Origin: Histomonas meleagridis 2922-C6/04-290x
Lineage: Eukaryota > Protista > Parabasalia
Length of the DNA stretch: 64,000 bases
NCBI GenBank assembly: GCA_020184695.1
Contig: JAANOX010000017.1
Location: forward strand, 62,001-126,000
Reading direction: 5' to 3'
The notes beneath the pieces were generated by a model. It ran no database searches, was not told the DNA's origin, and worked only from the letters and a program-made list of their open reading frames with translations. The position numbers were made by a program, and so were the translations under genes. This document shows, piece by piece, positions 47,200 through 59,007 of this stretch; within the stretch, counting starts at the first letter, position 1, and the number at the start of each line of letters is the position of its first letter.

Positions 47200-48649
47200 G
47201 CTATCTCCAACCATTTCTTTTGTTGCATCTCTTTTGCCATATTTAATATTATCTTCAACAGATAATTGAAATAGTATTGGCTCTTGTGATACAAGACTAA
47301 TTTTTTGATGGAGCCAATGTGGATCAAGTGTTTTAATATCTTTACCATCAAGTAAAATTTTCTACCATCTGTAGCATCATAAAAATCTTTCTAAGAGTTG
47401 AATACAAGTCGATTTTCCTGATCCTGAATGACCTACAAGAGCTCCCATTTCTCCAGGTTTAATTTCAAATGAAACATTTTTTAATACATAAACATCACGA
47501 GATGGATATTTAAATGAAACATCCTTAAATTCAATGTGTCCTTTAAAGTTTTCAATTATATCACCTCCATCAAATGGAATAGATGGTTCTTGATCTAAAA
47601 TAGCAAAAAGAAGCATTCCTGAAATTAATGCACGGTCTTCTTCTTGGAAAAGCATTTGAAACATTATAATTCCCATAAAACCAAAAAAATATGAAACCGA
47701 AAAAGTGATATTAATTCACTTGATATAATTTCTCCTTTGTCAACTAATTGAGAAACATATTACATATTACAAATAACTACGACACATACTCGTTAATCAA
47801 TCAAAGTATTTAAACAAAACAGGAAAAAAATCCTGATTTTTGATCTTCTTTAACAGCCATTTTTGTTGCATCCATGAATCTTTTACATTCGGATTCTTCA
47901 TGATTAAATCCTCGAACTGTTCGAATTGATGATAATGTCTCATCTGCAATAGTGATTGATATTCCAGTATACATATAAAGAAGATTATAATGCTGACCCA
48001 TTAACATTCCAAAAACAATGATTAAAATTATAAAATATGGTAATGTACATGTTGCAATTAATGCAATTTTCCAACAATAAAAGTATGAAAGAATAATTCC
48101 TAACAAAAATTGCCCTATATATTGAAGTTCTTTTCCTTTCGTTTGTCCAAATGTAGCTTGAACAAATTCGGTTTCTTGACCAAGCAATGTTAACATATCA
48201 CCAATAGAACTTTGATCAAAGAATGAAATATCACTCTTCATAATTTTCTCAAAAACACTTGATTTCAGATTATTCGTAAATTCTGAACCAACTTTCGGCC
48301 ATAAAAATTCATCAAGAAATTTACAAATCCCTGTAATTATCGCAATAATTGTTAAATAAAGCGCATTGTTTTTGATTTCATTAAAATCATAAATTTGAGA
48401 TGATTCAAAATCACTAATAACTTTAATTATTCTTCCAACGAATAAAAATGTTATAATAGGGACCGCACCAACAAAAATTGAAGGAATTATTCCAATTAAT
48501 GCTTTAGGATATTTAAATAACATTTTATATAATCTAACTCTTGTCCCGAAAAGTTGTTTCACATCAAAATCATTTGGTCCACCTTGTTGATTTGCATCCA
48601 TGTTTGACTCTTCTGTGGGCCTTTGATGTTGAGAATCTTCAAAGTCCAT
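47200..48649 (-). pseudogene. ABCB-type half transporter, disrupted and 3'-truncated
   Basis: TMD with ADETLSSIRTVRGF; NBD start IEFKDVSFKYPSR and Walker A GHSGSGKST; stops around 47740-47810; homology ends near 47200 before the signature motif. Confidence 0.75.
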
Positions 48650-48842
48650 TAAAATGTGATGTGATTTGAACAAGGCTCAACATTCTGTGGAACGACTATT
48701 GAATATTTCAATGTAAATTTTTGATTTGGTCGTCAAATTTCAATCAAAAACTCTATTAAGTATTGAAATCACAAACTTAACCCAAAAACTTCCTTTATGA
48801 AAAATTGTGTGAAAATTTTTGGAATTTACACATCACTATTAT

Positions 48843-50606
48843 ATGGAAAAACCATTGGAAGGAAATCAGAACAGTAGAAAAGGAGGAGAATACTTCAAAA
48901 TCATGAGCTATGTTAAAAACAAATGGGCAGTTGTATTGACAATTATTCTTCATTTTGTTGTTGGAGCATTACCAGTTATAATGACAATTTTACTCGGCGA
49001 TATGGTTAATGTTTTTTTCTAGTGAAAAATTTTTGATGATTTCGTTCCTGTAGTTTTTAAATATGATATATTATGTTATTGGAATGTTTTTTTAGCATCA
49101 GTTATTTCATATGCAATTAGAATATGGTGTAACTCAACATTTCCAAGAGATTTAAGAGAAAGAGTTTATTGTAATTTAGTTGAACAAGGAATTGATTTCT
49201 TTGATCGAACTCCTACAGGTGTTCTCATTGGAAGATTATCTCAAGAAATTACAATGATGCAGGAAACTTATTATCAAAAAAATTACTTAATTCTGTTCAA
49301 AAAACTGGTGAATCCATTGCAGGAATAATTGTTGCTTTTATCAAATGTTGGAGACTTGCTCTTCCTGGTGGAATAGTAATTTTGTTATGTCTTATAATTT
49401 ATATTATAGGTGATAAAATAATTGAAAACATTTGGTTTAAATATAATGAATGTTTATCAGCAGCAAACAATAAAGCAGAAGAAGCAATTACATCATTTAG
49501 AACTATAAAATCATTCGATAATGAGCTTTACGAAGCAGCAAAATATAAAAAGCAATTAGATACTGTTGATAATGTATGTTTGAAAACAAGTCTTACTCAA
49601 GGAACAAAAGATGGAATTATTTACATACTTTCAAATCTAATGGTTGCAGCTATTTGTTATTATGGTGGAGATTTAGCAATTCACAAGCCATATTATGGGT
49701 ACCATAGTGGTGATGTTTTTATTGTTTTCTTTTCCAATGATTATGGCTGTTGATGGTTTAACACAAGCAATATCAATTTCCAATGATATGAACAAATCAG
49801 CAGTATCAGCTCAAAAAATTATTGAACTTATTGAGATGAAACCTGAAGTTGATCGTAAAGAAGGTGGGGAACTTAAAAATGTGAAAGGAAAAATTGAATT
49901 TCGAAATGTTTCTTTCAAATATCAAAATTCAGAAAAATATGCCGTCCAAAACCTGAGTTTTGTAATTAATCCAGGACAAACAGTTGCGTTTGTTGGTGAA
50001 AGTGGATGTGGTAAATCGACAACACTTCAATTACTTCAACGATTTTACGAAATTGAAAGTGGACAAATATTGATTGACGATCAAGATATATCTAAAATAT
50101 CAGCTGTTAATCTTCGATCTTATATTTCAGCTGTTCCTCAAACACCTGTACTTTTTTCAACTTCAATTTTCGATAACATTCAATATTCAAAAGAAGATGC
50201 AAATATGGACGAGGTTATTAAAGCAGCTCAAATTGGTAACGCGCATGATTTCATAACACAATTGCCAGATGGTTATCAATCAATTGTTCACCAAACGAGT
50301 TTAAGTGGTGGACAAAAACAAAGAATTTGTATATCAAGAGCAATTTTAGCTAATTCACCAATATTATTGTTGGATGAAGCTACGTCTGGACTTGATACAG
50401 AAAGTGAAAGATTAATACATGAATCTCTTGAAAAGTTTAGAAAGGATAGAACAGTGATTTTGGTGGCTCATAGGTTAGCAACAGTTATGAATGCAGACAA
50501 AATTTTACTCTTTAAAGATGGACAAGTAATTGAAGAAGGAACACATCAAGAACTAATGGCAAGAAATGGCTTTTATGCTAATCTTGTCAAATACCAACTT
50601 CAATAA
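48843..50606 (+). CDS. ABCB-type half transporter (several homopolymer frameshifts; status uncertain)
   Basis: TMD fragments (AEEAITSFRTIKSF) and a complete NBD: GESGCGKST, LSGGQKQR, ILLLDEATS, VAHRL. Confidence 0.7.
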
Positions 50607-50844
50607 ATATAACACATCAAAATATGAGTTAAAATCGATATTTTTTATGTTTAGCATTAATACGAACCTTTTTAAATTTCCACTAAGGATATTTAAATAA
50701 GTGTCTTATTTAAAATGTGATATTTTTAATATATATTTCCAAGTTTATGAACATATACGTCAAATCGAAATTTAAACCAGAAAAAAATTGTATGTTTGAG
50801 AATCGATTTTTTTATTGGATTTTTTTATTATTCATTATATAAAT

Positions 50845-51290
50845 CTAACAATGAAAAAATGGATTTATTTGTCTAGCAAGAGGGCTTTTCCTGTAAATTT
50901 TACGTGGTTCCTTGTTTTCAATTGTTTGGATGCAAATTACAACAGATGGTTCAGTGCCTGTGTTCTTATATGCCCGGCTGGTACCAGTGCCAACACGTAT
51001 AACTGATCCTTCTTCAATTGGAAATACTTTGTCGTCAACTTGGTATTCACCTTTACCTTTGATAACAATGTAAACTTCTTCATTTTCTTTATGAGAATGG
51101 AAGAAAGGTGATTGTACGGCTGGTAGATCCATATGAAATTTCGGATCCTGTTAGGAAGAGCATTTCCGATGAAAACTTTTCCTTGAAACTTTTTGCCAAA
51201 GGCTTCTAAAGTGTAGTTGCTAATTTCTGATGCTGGACCAACATTGATGGCAGTATAATTTGTTCCTTCAGAAATTGTTTTAAGCGACAT
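50845..51290 (-). pseudogene. Bacterial-type cupin_2 domain gene with frameshifts
   Basis: Joining three frames gives GKVFIGNAL-LTGSEISYGS-LPAVQSPFFHSHKENEEVYIVIKGKGEYQVDDKVFPIEEGSVIRV (H-x-H...E cupin motif). Confidence 0.7.
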
Positions 51291-51431
51291 TAATATAAAG
51301 TGAACTTCAATGTTTAATCGTTAATTCCACACACTTTACACTTATACATACGCATAATTAAGAAATGAGTGAAGCCATTTTATGACCAATATCCCAAATA
51401 TGATTGGCCCATGTTCGATTTTGTTCGGATT

Positions 51432-51672
51432 CATATTAACAAAATGAACATTTCGCGTGCATATTAACTAAATGAATATTTAGTATGAATATTAACTAAA
51501 TGAATATTTAGTATGAATATTAACTAAATGAATATTTTGCATACATATTAACTAAATGAATATTTTGCATGCATATTAACTAAATGAACATTTCGCATGC
51601 ATATTCACAAAGTGATAATTTCGCGTGCATATTCACAAAGTGATAATTTCGCGTGCATATTCACAAAGTGAT
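51432..51672. repeat. 28-bp minisatellite, about 8.6 copies, with graded variants
   Basis: catattaactaaatgaatatttagtatg grades into catattcacaaagtgataatttcgcgtg. Confidence 0.92.
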
Positions 51673-51777
51673 GCGGGTGTTCACTGTTTCGTGAGTTAAC
51701 TCTTTTTCCAATGAAAGCGACAAATTTCGAAACAAAATTCACGAAAAGTCAAATTTATTAAACTTTGAACATTTAAT

Positions 51778-54700
51778 TTAATATTTCTTTGGTGGGTCGA
51801 AGAAAAGCGGCTCGTCGTTCTTTGAAGCGATAGTTTCTGTTTCGATTACTCTTACAGTTTCCGAAAGTTTAAATTCGGAGTATATTGTAGTTACGAGCCA
51901 TGGCGGCGTAATGTTTAGCAACACTATTGTCAGGAGTATCAACAACGTATTTATATTGTTAAATACTTCACCGAAGAATCCGATCCATTCCTTTGTGTAT
52001 TGTGTTAATGTTATACCCGATTCGACGATTGAAGAAGTTGCGATTAATAGCAACAGGTTTCCGACTTGTAATATGATACTATAGAATGTGAATGTGCTAT
52101 TTTTGGAGATTATATAAAATGTACACGTGAAGACTAACGCAAAGAATACCATAATGGAAATGAAACTTTTGCCAAAGTCTGCGCCATATGGATTCATAAA
52201 TGATTCGCCAATCAATAGATATGTCGTAAAGATTGTGACGACTCCTTGATATAATGCAATGTAAAACCATTGGACATTCGATGGAACAATTGTTAATGGG
52301 TTACGTAACTTCTTATATAGATATGATAACTTAAATAAGAAGCCATCACTTATGTCCTTATCAAAGATAATAGAGATTAATGGTATAAGTGTCCATACAT
52401 AATTATATGTGACAAGTGAAAACTGATCGAAAAATGATTGCGCTGTACCATCAGTCCATATTTGATAGATCGCTTGACAGATAGCTATTAAGACAACTTT
52501 ATAAAAACTGAAATTAACTATTAAGACAGATCGATGTAATGACTGATGTCCATGAATTAATAATAACCGTAATATACATCTAAAGCCGGGGACTGCAAAA
52601 TCACATCCTGTAAATGAACGTCCACCATTTTTGCCTATAATACCTATGCCTACGTTCGAACAACTTAATAATGCGCTATCGTTGTAGCCGTCTCCGATAG
52701 CGAGGACACGTTTACCGTTGTTTTGTAAGGCTATTGAAATGTCAGCTTTCGTTAACGGCTTACAACGATAGAATATTACACAACGACTTCTTAATAAAGC
52801 GTTAACAAAGTTATTTGATTGTAATACTTCTCTAATTAACTTATCATTTTCAGCGTCTATTAAAGTTGAGAACGAACCTTCTTCGACATCCAAAGCTTTT
52901 TTTGAAAACAAATAATTATCATTTGGATTTCTAATTTCAGATAATAAATTATCATTTGTTAAATTAACAACATTTTGACTTTCTACTAAATGTAATAAAG
53001 CAGCAGTAACTAAAGTGTTACGACAAGCATCGCCAGTAGCAATCCAAAACTTAATACCTGCTTGTGATAATATATCAATTGATATTTGTGTATCCGTTTG
53101 TAATGTATCTTCAATAGCTATTGTCCCTAAATATTCATGATCACTTTCGAGTTGTTCTGCTTGTGTTCCGATGACAAAATCTGGTATTTCTTTATATGAC
53201 ACTGATAATGTACGGAATCCTTTCGATTGATATGACTTATAATCACTTTCCATCTTCTGTATATCTCCTGATTTACATTGCGAGATGACTTTCTCAGATG
53301 CACCTTTCATGAAACAATATATCTTTTCTCCATGCTTAACAACAACTGACATTCGCATTCGATTTCGATCAAATTTGTTGGTATGTAATACTTCAAAAGT
53401 ATAATCCCCAAATGGCGCTTTAAAGGTCATTGCGTTTTGGTGTTTGTGTGGATGGAATTCCCATCCGAGTTGTATAAGACAATTCAAAATCGCTAGTTCA
53501 TCTGCTGATGACCCATCAAGCTCTTGACTTTCCTTGATATGATAGGAATGACAGATGGATAATGCTTGGAACATTAAGGTGAGTTTCTCATCAAGAGTCT
53601 CCTTAAGTGCTTGTTGAATATTATCTTCATATAACGTCGCTGCTTGTCGATTATCTCCAAACTTTTTATCTCCGATTATCATTGACACAAGTTTTAATTC
53701 GTTCTTTGTTAATGTTCCTGTTTTATCTGACACAATGACATCAATACCTCCTAAGTTCTCAGTAACATTAGTAGAGAGTGCATCTGCTTTGAGTTTAGTT
53801 GTATCATCAATGAAATTCTTGTCATAACTAATAAAGAGCCCATATATAAATCGTGCCACTGGTAATAAGATTTTGATGGAGACTGGAATCATACTGCATA
53901 ATACAAAGTTACGAGCGATCAAGACAATGAGTTTATATTCCCCTCTTGGATTATCTAACGCTATACTTGGAATATACTTGGGTCGATGTTTGATGTAAGA
54001 ATAATAACCATAACCACCGATGACGCAGGAAATGACAACTTGTACACAAAACAAAAACATCGAAATTTTCTCGATGTATTGGTCAATAAGAGTCTTACGG
54101 ACTGACAAAAATGTGGACGAGGATGCGGATTTACAATTTTTGCCTGTTAAAATGGCAAGTAAAAGAAAATTACCTTCTGATTCAATAATTGTACCACGCT
54201 CAATAAAGTTGTCCGTGTCAAATTCAAGGGATTCATTAAGATCTTGTACAATTTCTTGGGCTTCAAGTTCTTCTTCAGTCTTCAATAAGAGAAATGTTCC
54301 ATGGATCCCATTTTGAAGTTGATCTATCTGAACTTGACCACGCGCTTTTTGTAGATATCCTTCACTGTATCGATTTAATGGTAAAGCAGCTTTATTTTTC
54401 GCTTCGGTTTCACCATCGATTTTGGATGTGTTCACCAAGACATTACGTTCCGTGGAACGAAGAAGAATACAGTCACATGGAACAGGTGTTGTATCATGAA
54501 TATCAATAATATCACCAGGAACTATGGCTTTTGATTTCCTTCGTTTTGTTTCCCCACCACGCGTAACATTAAAGTGTGTAGAATCACTTCCACTGAAGGA
54601 TTTCTGTGACCGTTTTAAATCTATTGCTTGAAATACATATTCAAGAGAAATAATTAAAAGAATTGGTAAAAGGGTAATCCACGGAGTGGTGACTGACATT

Positions 54701-54891
54701 TCTGGAATAAACTCAAGAAGGCTTAACGTTATTAAATATAAGGAAAAGAATGTTGTAAGTTCACTCCAAATGACGTTCCATAAAACTTTAAGATAACCGA
54801 TTATTGATATTCCCATCTTGTTGGTAGGAAGTTTGCTGTAATCAATTGTAGAAAATCCGAATTGAATAGGCTCAAATGCCTCGGGCTTCAT
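51778..54891 (-). CDS. P4-type ATPase (phospholipid flippase)
   Basis: IDGETE, MIPVSI, SDKTGTLTKN phosphorylation site, FDRNRMRMSVVV, KGAS, WIATGD, YRCKPLTK, LAIGDGYND. Confidence 0.95.
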   Translation of the reverse strand: MKPEAFEPIQFGFSTIDYSKLPTNKMGISIIGYLKVLWNVIWSELTTFFSLYLITLSLLEFIPEMSVTTPWITLLPILLIISLEYVFQAIDLKRSQKSFSGSDSTHFNVTRGGETKRRKSKAIVPGDIIDIHDTTPVPCDCILLRSTERNVLVNTSKIDGETEAKNKAALPLNRYSEGYLQKARGQVQIDQLQNGIHGTFLLLKTEEELEAQEIVQDLNESLEFDTDNFIERGTIIESEGNFLLLAILTGKNCKSASSSTFLSVRKTLIDQYIEKISMFLFCVQVVISCVIGGYGYYSYIKHRPKYIPSIALDNPRGEYKLIVLIARNFVLCSMIPVSIKILLPVARFIYGLFISYDKNFIDDTTKLKADALSTNVTENLGGIDVIVSDKTGTLTKNELKLVSMIIGDKKFGDNRQAATLYEDNIQQALKETLDEKLTLMFQALSICHSYHIKESQELDGSSADELAILNCLIQLGWEFHPHKHQNAMTFKAPFGDYTFEVLHTNKFDRNRMRMSVVVKHGEKIYCFMKGASEKVISQCKSGDIQKMESDYKSYQSKGFRTLSVSYKEIPDFVIGTQAEQLESDHEYLGTIAIEDTLQTDTQISIDILSQAGIKFWIATGDACRNTLVTAALLHLVESQNVVNLTNDNLLSEIRNPNDNYLFSKKALDVEEGSFSTLIDAENDKLIREVLQSNNFVNALLRSRCVIFYRCKPLTKADISIALQNNGKRVLAIGDGYNDSALLSCSNVGIGIIGKNGGRSFTGCDFAVPGFRCILRLLLIHGHQSLHRSVLIVNFSFYKVVLIAICQAIYQIWTDGTAQSFFDQFSLVTYNYVWTLIPLISIIFDKDISDGFLFKLSYLYKKLRNPLTIVPSNVQWFYIALYQGVVTIFTTYLLIGESFMNPYGADFGKSFISIMVFFALVFTCTFYIISKNSTFTFYSIILQVGNLLLLIATSSIVESGITLTQYTKEWIGFFGEVFNNINTLLILLTIVLLNITPPWLVTTIYSEFKLSETVRVIETETIASKNDEPLFFDPPKKY

Positions 54892-55249
54892 TCAAATGAT
54901 ATTTGACACATTTAACGGTCATTAATGGTGTTGTCAACGAGAACGTTAAGGGGAAGTGTTTGTTTGAAATAAAACGGGTGTTAAAGAATTCGATAAATGT
55001 TTATTTTTTATTAATTCTTATTTCAATTGAATATAGTATGTGAGACCACAAAATTTTCGCTTTTAAGCCCAAATTAATCCCCAACAAACCCCAAAAAGCA
55101 ATAAACACAATGATTAGAAAGGTACCCCGAATAGCCTCATTCTTTATTCAATATTTTCTATGAGGTCTCGCAACCAAATCTCAATCAAACAAACAACATA
55201 TTTTCTGAGAAAAGGTAAAATTTTGATAATATTTACCATCATATTCGCT

Positions 55250-55520
55250 TCTATCGGCACTTATCGTTGCTATTATCGTTCAATATAAACCATGAAAAAG
55301 TCGATTATTGGCACTTTCTGGAATGAAAAAATAAATTTATCTTGTGTTGATCAATTATTCATTTGAATAATTTAATATGTTTTAATAATTCGGAATATGT
55401 TTTAATAATTTAGAATATGTCATAATGATTTGGTACCAACAATTTGAATTGTACAACAAAAAAGTTACACAGAAATGGTAAATTTACTTCGTGAAAGTAC
55501 GAACGAAAATTCAAAATGTC
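55250..55520 (+). pseudogene. Degenerate ankyrin unit(s) carrying a locus-C-type 20-nt-monomer insert
   Basis: tattcatttgaataattt followed by aatatgttttaataatt repeats (about 55355-55435), then KSYTEMVNLLRE; upstream TCG GCA CTT ATC GTT GCT (SALIVA). Confidence 0.5.
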
Positions 55521-55827
55521 TTTTTCTATAAACATGTTGTTTTTTGTCATATTGGATGACATTATAAATGAATGAAATTGGAATATGAAGTATTTAAATT
55601 ATGGTAATTAATTCGCAATCAATATATATATTTTTGAATTTTTCAATAATTTAAATTTGGAGATGATTAATTAATAATAATTTGAAGAAATTACAACATC
55701 TATCGGAAATTTTAATTTAACAAGTTATTAATTTCACTTTGTCATTATTTGAGATCTCAACTTTTTATTTGGTGTAATTATACCGATGAAAATGAATAAG
55801 TATTTAAAAACACATTTTATTATTTTT

Positions 55828-57651
55828 TTAAGGGAAAGTCAACGTTACAATTTTAGCTCTCGTTTGTGTATCTCCTCTTAGTCCTGCTATATATCTTACA
55901 GTTCTAGGCATTTCTACACCTGAATCTACCATTGTCTGTTCATTTTTATCTCTTTTTTCCACAGTTTGCACCTCATTATCTCTTCTATAATGAGAAATAT
56001 CTGTTTGAGCGCTTTTAGTTCTTTTATTTTGTAATCTTTTTACAATTTTTTTCCTATTCATTAATTCCCATTGATTCCAATGATAAGTTTTATCAATGAA
56101 AGAATAATTCTCTGTTGGATGTGTTGAAGTATTTACTCCAGTGTTTCTATATTTCGAGTCGATTTTTAAAGGTGTTTTATTTCTTAATGGGATAACAGGC
56201 GCATTTAGATTTGGAAATAAATTTTGTAGCCCTAATAATGATATTAATTCTGGATGTTGCCGTATTACATTAATAGCTTCTTTATATAAACTTTCGGGAT
56301 TTTCCATAAATTCTTTTTGTTTGTTTTTGTCGACAAATAAAAAATATTTTCGTTCCCATTTAACACATCCAATAAAGATATCGCCAGGTAATAATAATCC
56401 ATCACGTTCGATAATTGTCATAGGACAAAACCCATTAAATTCAAATTCTTTATTCGAATCACATTGTATTATAATTGGTGTAGAATCATCATTCGATACA
56501 TTAATTTCATTTTCTTTCGGTAATATTATATTATTATTTTTTGTCTTTTCATTTGTTATGTTTTCATTGCGTTGTATTAATATACTTTCTTTTTCTGATA
56601 TAGAAAGTTGGAATGTATCTCTATGCTTACGTAAACGTGATAGTAAAAATTCATAATCTTTAAGAATTAATTCATTGTTATTAAATGTGATCCATGTGTT
56701 AGAAAGTGATATAAATAGAGGAAACGATTTCGGCGTTAATGTCGAATCATTTAAATTAACAAAACTTCGAAGATTATTAAGAAGTTGATCATATTCATTA
56801 CAACTTTGTTCTGTCTTAGAAATGGTATCATTAAGACGAGAAAGTATTAAATCATAAAAATATAAAAATTGTTGGCGATTAGATAATTCTTCAGAAAGGC
56901 GCTTTTCATCTTTTGGTTTGCTTTCAGTAAGAATCCTATTGTAGTTATAAATAATGGAATGAATACTATCAATAGACGTTTGAATTCGTGTTTGAAGTTC
57001 TTGAAGCTTTTTGGGTACTTCAACTCGGAGATTTGGAGTTGGACTCGTGATGTCACCACCAAAAGCTTGAAATACTCGAACGCCTAACACAAGTTTGGAC
57101 AATTCTTGAAGCTTCTTCCTTTTTTCTTCGGGTGATTTGTTGATAAATTTAGATATCTCTTTCTCTGGAAAAACTTGTTCTAATGCTGCAGTGGATTGAC
57201 GGACACATTGGGGATCATTAGGTGAACCCCATTTGGAAGAAATAATGGTATATGATACAATTTTTCGATATAAAGAATCAAGTGCTGCAGTGGAACGAAC
57301 ACGTGTTGTTATTAACTCTTGTTCGATAGCTGATAGATGTTCTTGTTCACGCTCTTCTTTTTGCTTCTGACGACGTTCTACTTGCGCTAATCCCGTATCC
57401 ATATCAACTTGCATTCGAATTGTCTTCATTGGGATAGAGTCTTGGTCGTTAAGTAATTCCATTGTTTCTTTATGTAGCACTGATAATTTTTCTGGTTCAA
57501 TGCTTTTTGAACTATCAATTTGAAATTCGTCATTTCTTGATGATATCAAAGAACGTACTGTATACGCTATTAAAGCAGGAGATGCTTCTATATTTTTAGC
57601 ATTGCATTCATCAGTAATTGCGCTGATGAGCGCCACAACAGAATCTTCCAT
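55828..57651 (-). CDS. CFAP206: Cilia- and flagella-associated protein 206
   Basis: GFCPMTIIERDGLLLPG, QTSTHP-like NTSTHPTE, YHWNQWEL, KSAQTDISHYRRDNEVQT and RYIAGLRG match CFAP206 conserved blocks. Confidence 0.85.
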   Translation of the reverse strand: MEDSVVALISAITDECNAKNIEASPALIAYTVRSLISSRNDEFQIDSSKSIEPEKLSVLHKETMELLNDQDSIPMKTIRMQVDMDTGLAQVERRQKQKEEREQEHLSAIEQELITTRVRSTAALDSLYRKIVSYTIISSKWGSPNDPQCVRQSTAALEQVFPEKEISKFINKSPEEKRKKLQELSKLVLGVRVFQAFGGDITSPTPNLRVEVPKKLQELQTRIQTSIDSIHSIIYNYNRILTESKPKDEKRLSEELSNRQQFLYFYDLILSRLNDTISKTEQSCNEYDQLLNNLRSFVNLNDSTLTPKSFPLFISLSNTWITFNNNELILKDYEFLLSRLRKHRDTFQLSISEKESILIQRNENITNEKTKNNNIILPKENEINVSNDDSTPIIIQCDSNKEFEFNGFCPMTIIERDGLLLPGDIFIGCVKWERKYFLFVDKNKQKEFMENPESLYKEAINVIRQHPELISLLGLQNLFPNLNAPVIPLRNKTPLKIDSKYRNTGVNTSTHPTENYSFIDKTYHWNQWELMNRKKIVKRLQNKRTKSAQTDISHYRRDNEVQTVEKRDKNEQTMVDSGVEMPRTVRYIAGLRGDTQTRAKIVTLTFP

Positions 57652-57879
57652 TTTTGTACGTTATTTTAATTGACAGTACTAGTGAAAAATTTCACACATC
57701 TTCATCATGAACTTGCTCTAATAATAAATTCGAATATTAAACAAAATATTTCAGTTCGAACCTTTATATTCAAATCTGTACTAATGCAAATTGTTGGACA
57801 TGCGATGAATTAAATATTGAATAACAAATTTATATATATACCATAATATACACTTTTATTAAAACTTTATAATCATTTC

Positions 57880-59007
57880 CTATTCGCATAGCATTGTTAT
57901 CACAACTCTTCCAAGATATCTCCTTCCAGCTAAGTGTTGCTGTGCCAGAGCTGCCGCTTCTTCCTTTTGGAATGTTACAATTGCAACTCCATATCCACCG
58001 CAGCTTCCAAATTTACTTTCATTTGTTAATTTACATTCTACGACATTTCCATATTTTTTACATTCTCCAGCGATATCATATATTAATATTTGTGATTCTT
58101 CTCTATCAGACAATGCTGAAATTGGCACAACGTTTAAAATATGTAATTTTTTCCCGGAGCTTAATAATGTATCTGATGCTGTTGTTATTTGAGTTCGTGG
58201 TTGAATTATTTGTTGAAGATTAACACCATCACATAGCACTGAAAACTCACCATATTTTTCGATATCTTTCCGTGGTACAACTGATCGTAATGCGCGCGCT
58301 ATAATTCGGGTCTCCCCAAATTGGACACCATCAATTATTAAGGCGGCGGCTTCGGGCGCTATCGGCGGACAGACATCAAACAAAACGCAGTCTTTAATGT
58401 TGGGAAGAATGAGGAAGCCATCGATCTTAAAGAACTGTGAGAGGAAGAGGTCGAATTGTGCTGCCTCGGTATCAACATTCATAGCAATGACGCGACGTGG
58501 ATGTTGTGATATTAAATTGATTGGTGGAAGTGGTAAATCACTAGGCTTTTGAAAAGGACGGATATCAAGAGCTATTCCTTTGAATGAAATCTTGAAGGTT
58601 TGGGAAAGAACAGATTGTGTATCTTCTTCAGTAGGAAATACAAGAACAAAAATAGAGGTATCAGGAAATGTGTTGATGATTGGCTTAAACTCAGATGAGA
58701 TGGCCCCACGAGCTATAAGAGAGTCAACAAGATAATTTGCTACAACTATTGAAGGTGAATCCTCTGGTGAATTCCAAATAACAACACTTCTTTTGTTATA
58801 AATTTGACATGAAATTCCTTCTGGGTACTGTGATATTAAACCACCTGCTTCAAAAATATTGGAAAGTACTTGTACTTGTGATGTCTTTGTGCCTGGTAAC
58901 CCTGGTGGAAGACCTGGTGTGTATCCCATTTGTCGGTATTCGTCAGGTGATACATTCCAACCTCCACGAAGCCTTTGTGTATCGCGAAAAGCTAGTTCAA
59001 CATTCAT
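57880..59007 (-). CDS. U2AF2: U2AF large subunit homolog (RRM1-RRM2-UHM), no RS domain
   Basis: ULM-like RGGWNVSP; C-terminal UHM LHILNVV...YDIAGECKKYGNV...LAGRRYLGRVVITMLCE; first in-frame ATG at 59007, with TAA just upstream of 59031. Confidence 0.8.
   Translation of the reverse strand: MNVELAFRDTQRLRGGWNVSPDEYRQMGYTPGLPPGLPGTKTSQVQVLSNIFEAGGLISQYPEGISCQIYNKRSVVIWNSPEDSPSIVVANYLVDSLIARGAISSEFKPIINTFPDTSIFVLVFPTEEDTQSVLSQTFKISFKGIALDIRPFQKPSDLPLPPINLISQHPRRVIAMNVDTEAAQFDLFLSQFFKIDGFLILPNIKDCVLFDVCPPIAPEAAALIIDGVQFGETRIIARALRSVVPRKDIEKYGEFSVLCDGVNLQQIIQPRTQITTASDTLLSSGKKLHILNVVPISALSDREESQILIYDIAGECKKYGNVVECKLTNESKFGSCGGYGVAIVTFQKEEAAALAQQHLAGRRYLGRVVITMLCE

Noticed and set aside
25860-49760. 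Numerous frameshifts in surface, ankyrin and ABC genes as programmed frameshifting or phase variation
   Set aside because: Nearly all are +1/+2 in A/T homopolymers at different positions in sister copies, which complement each other to an intact ORF. This is typical of unpolished long-read errors in multicopy regions and cannot be judged without reads.
51432-51672. CRISPR array (28-bp repeats), and likewise the ankyrin arrays
   Set aside because: The repeats are contiguous without unique spacers, there are no cas genes, and the context is eukaryotic.
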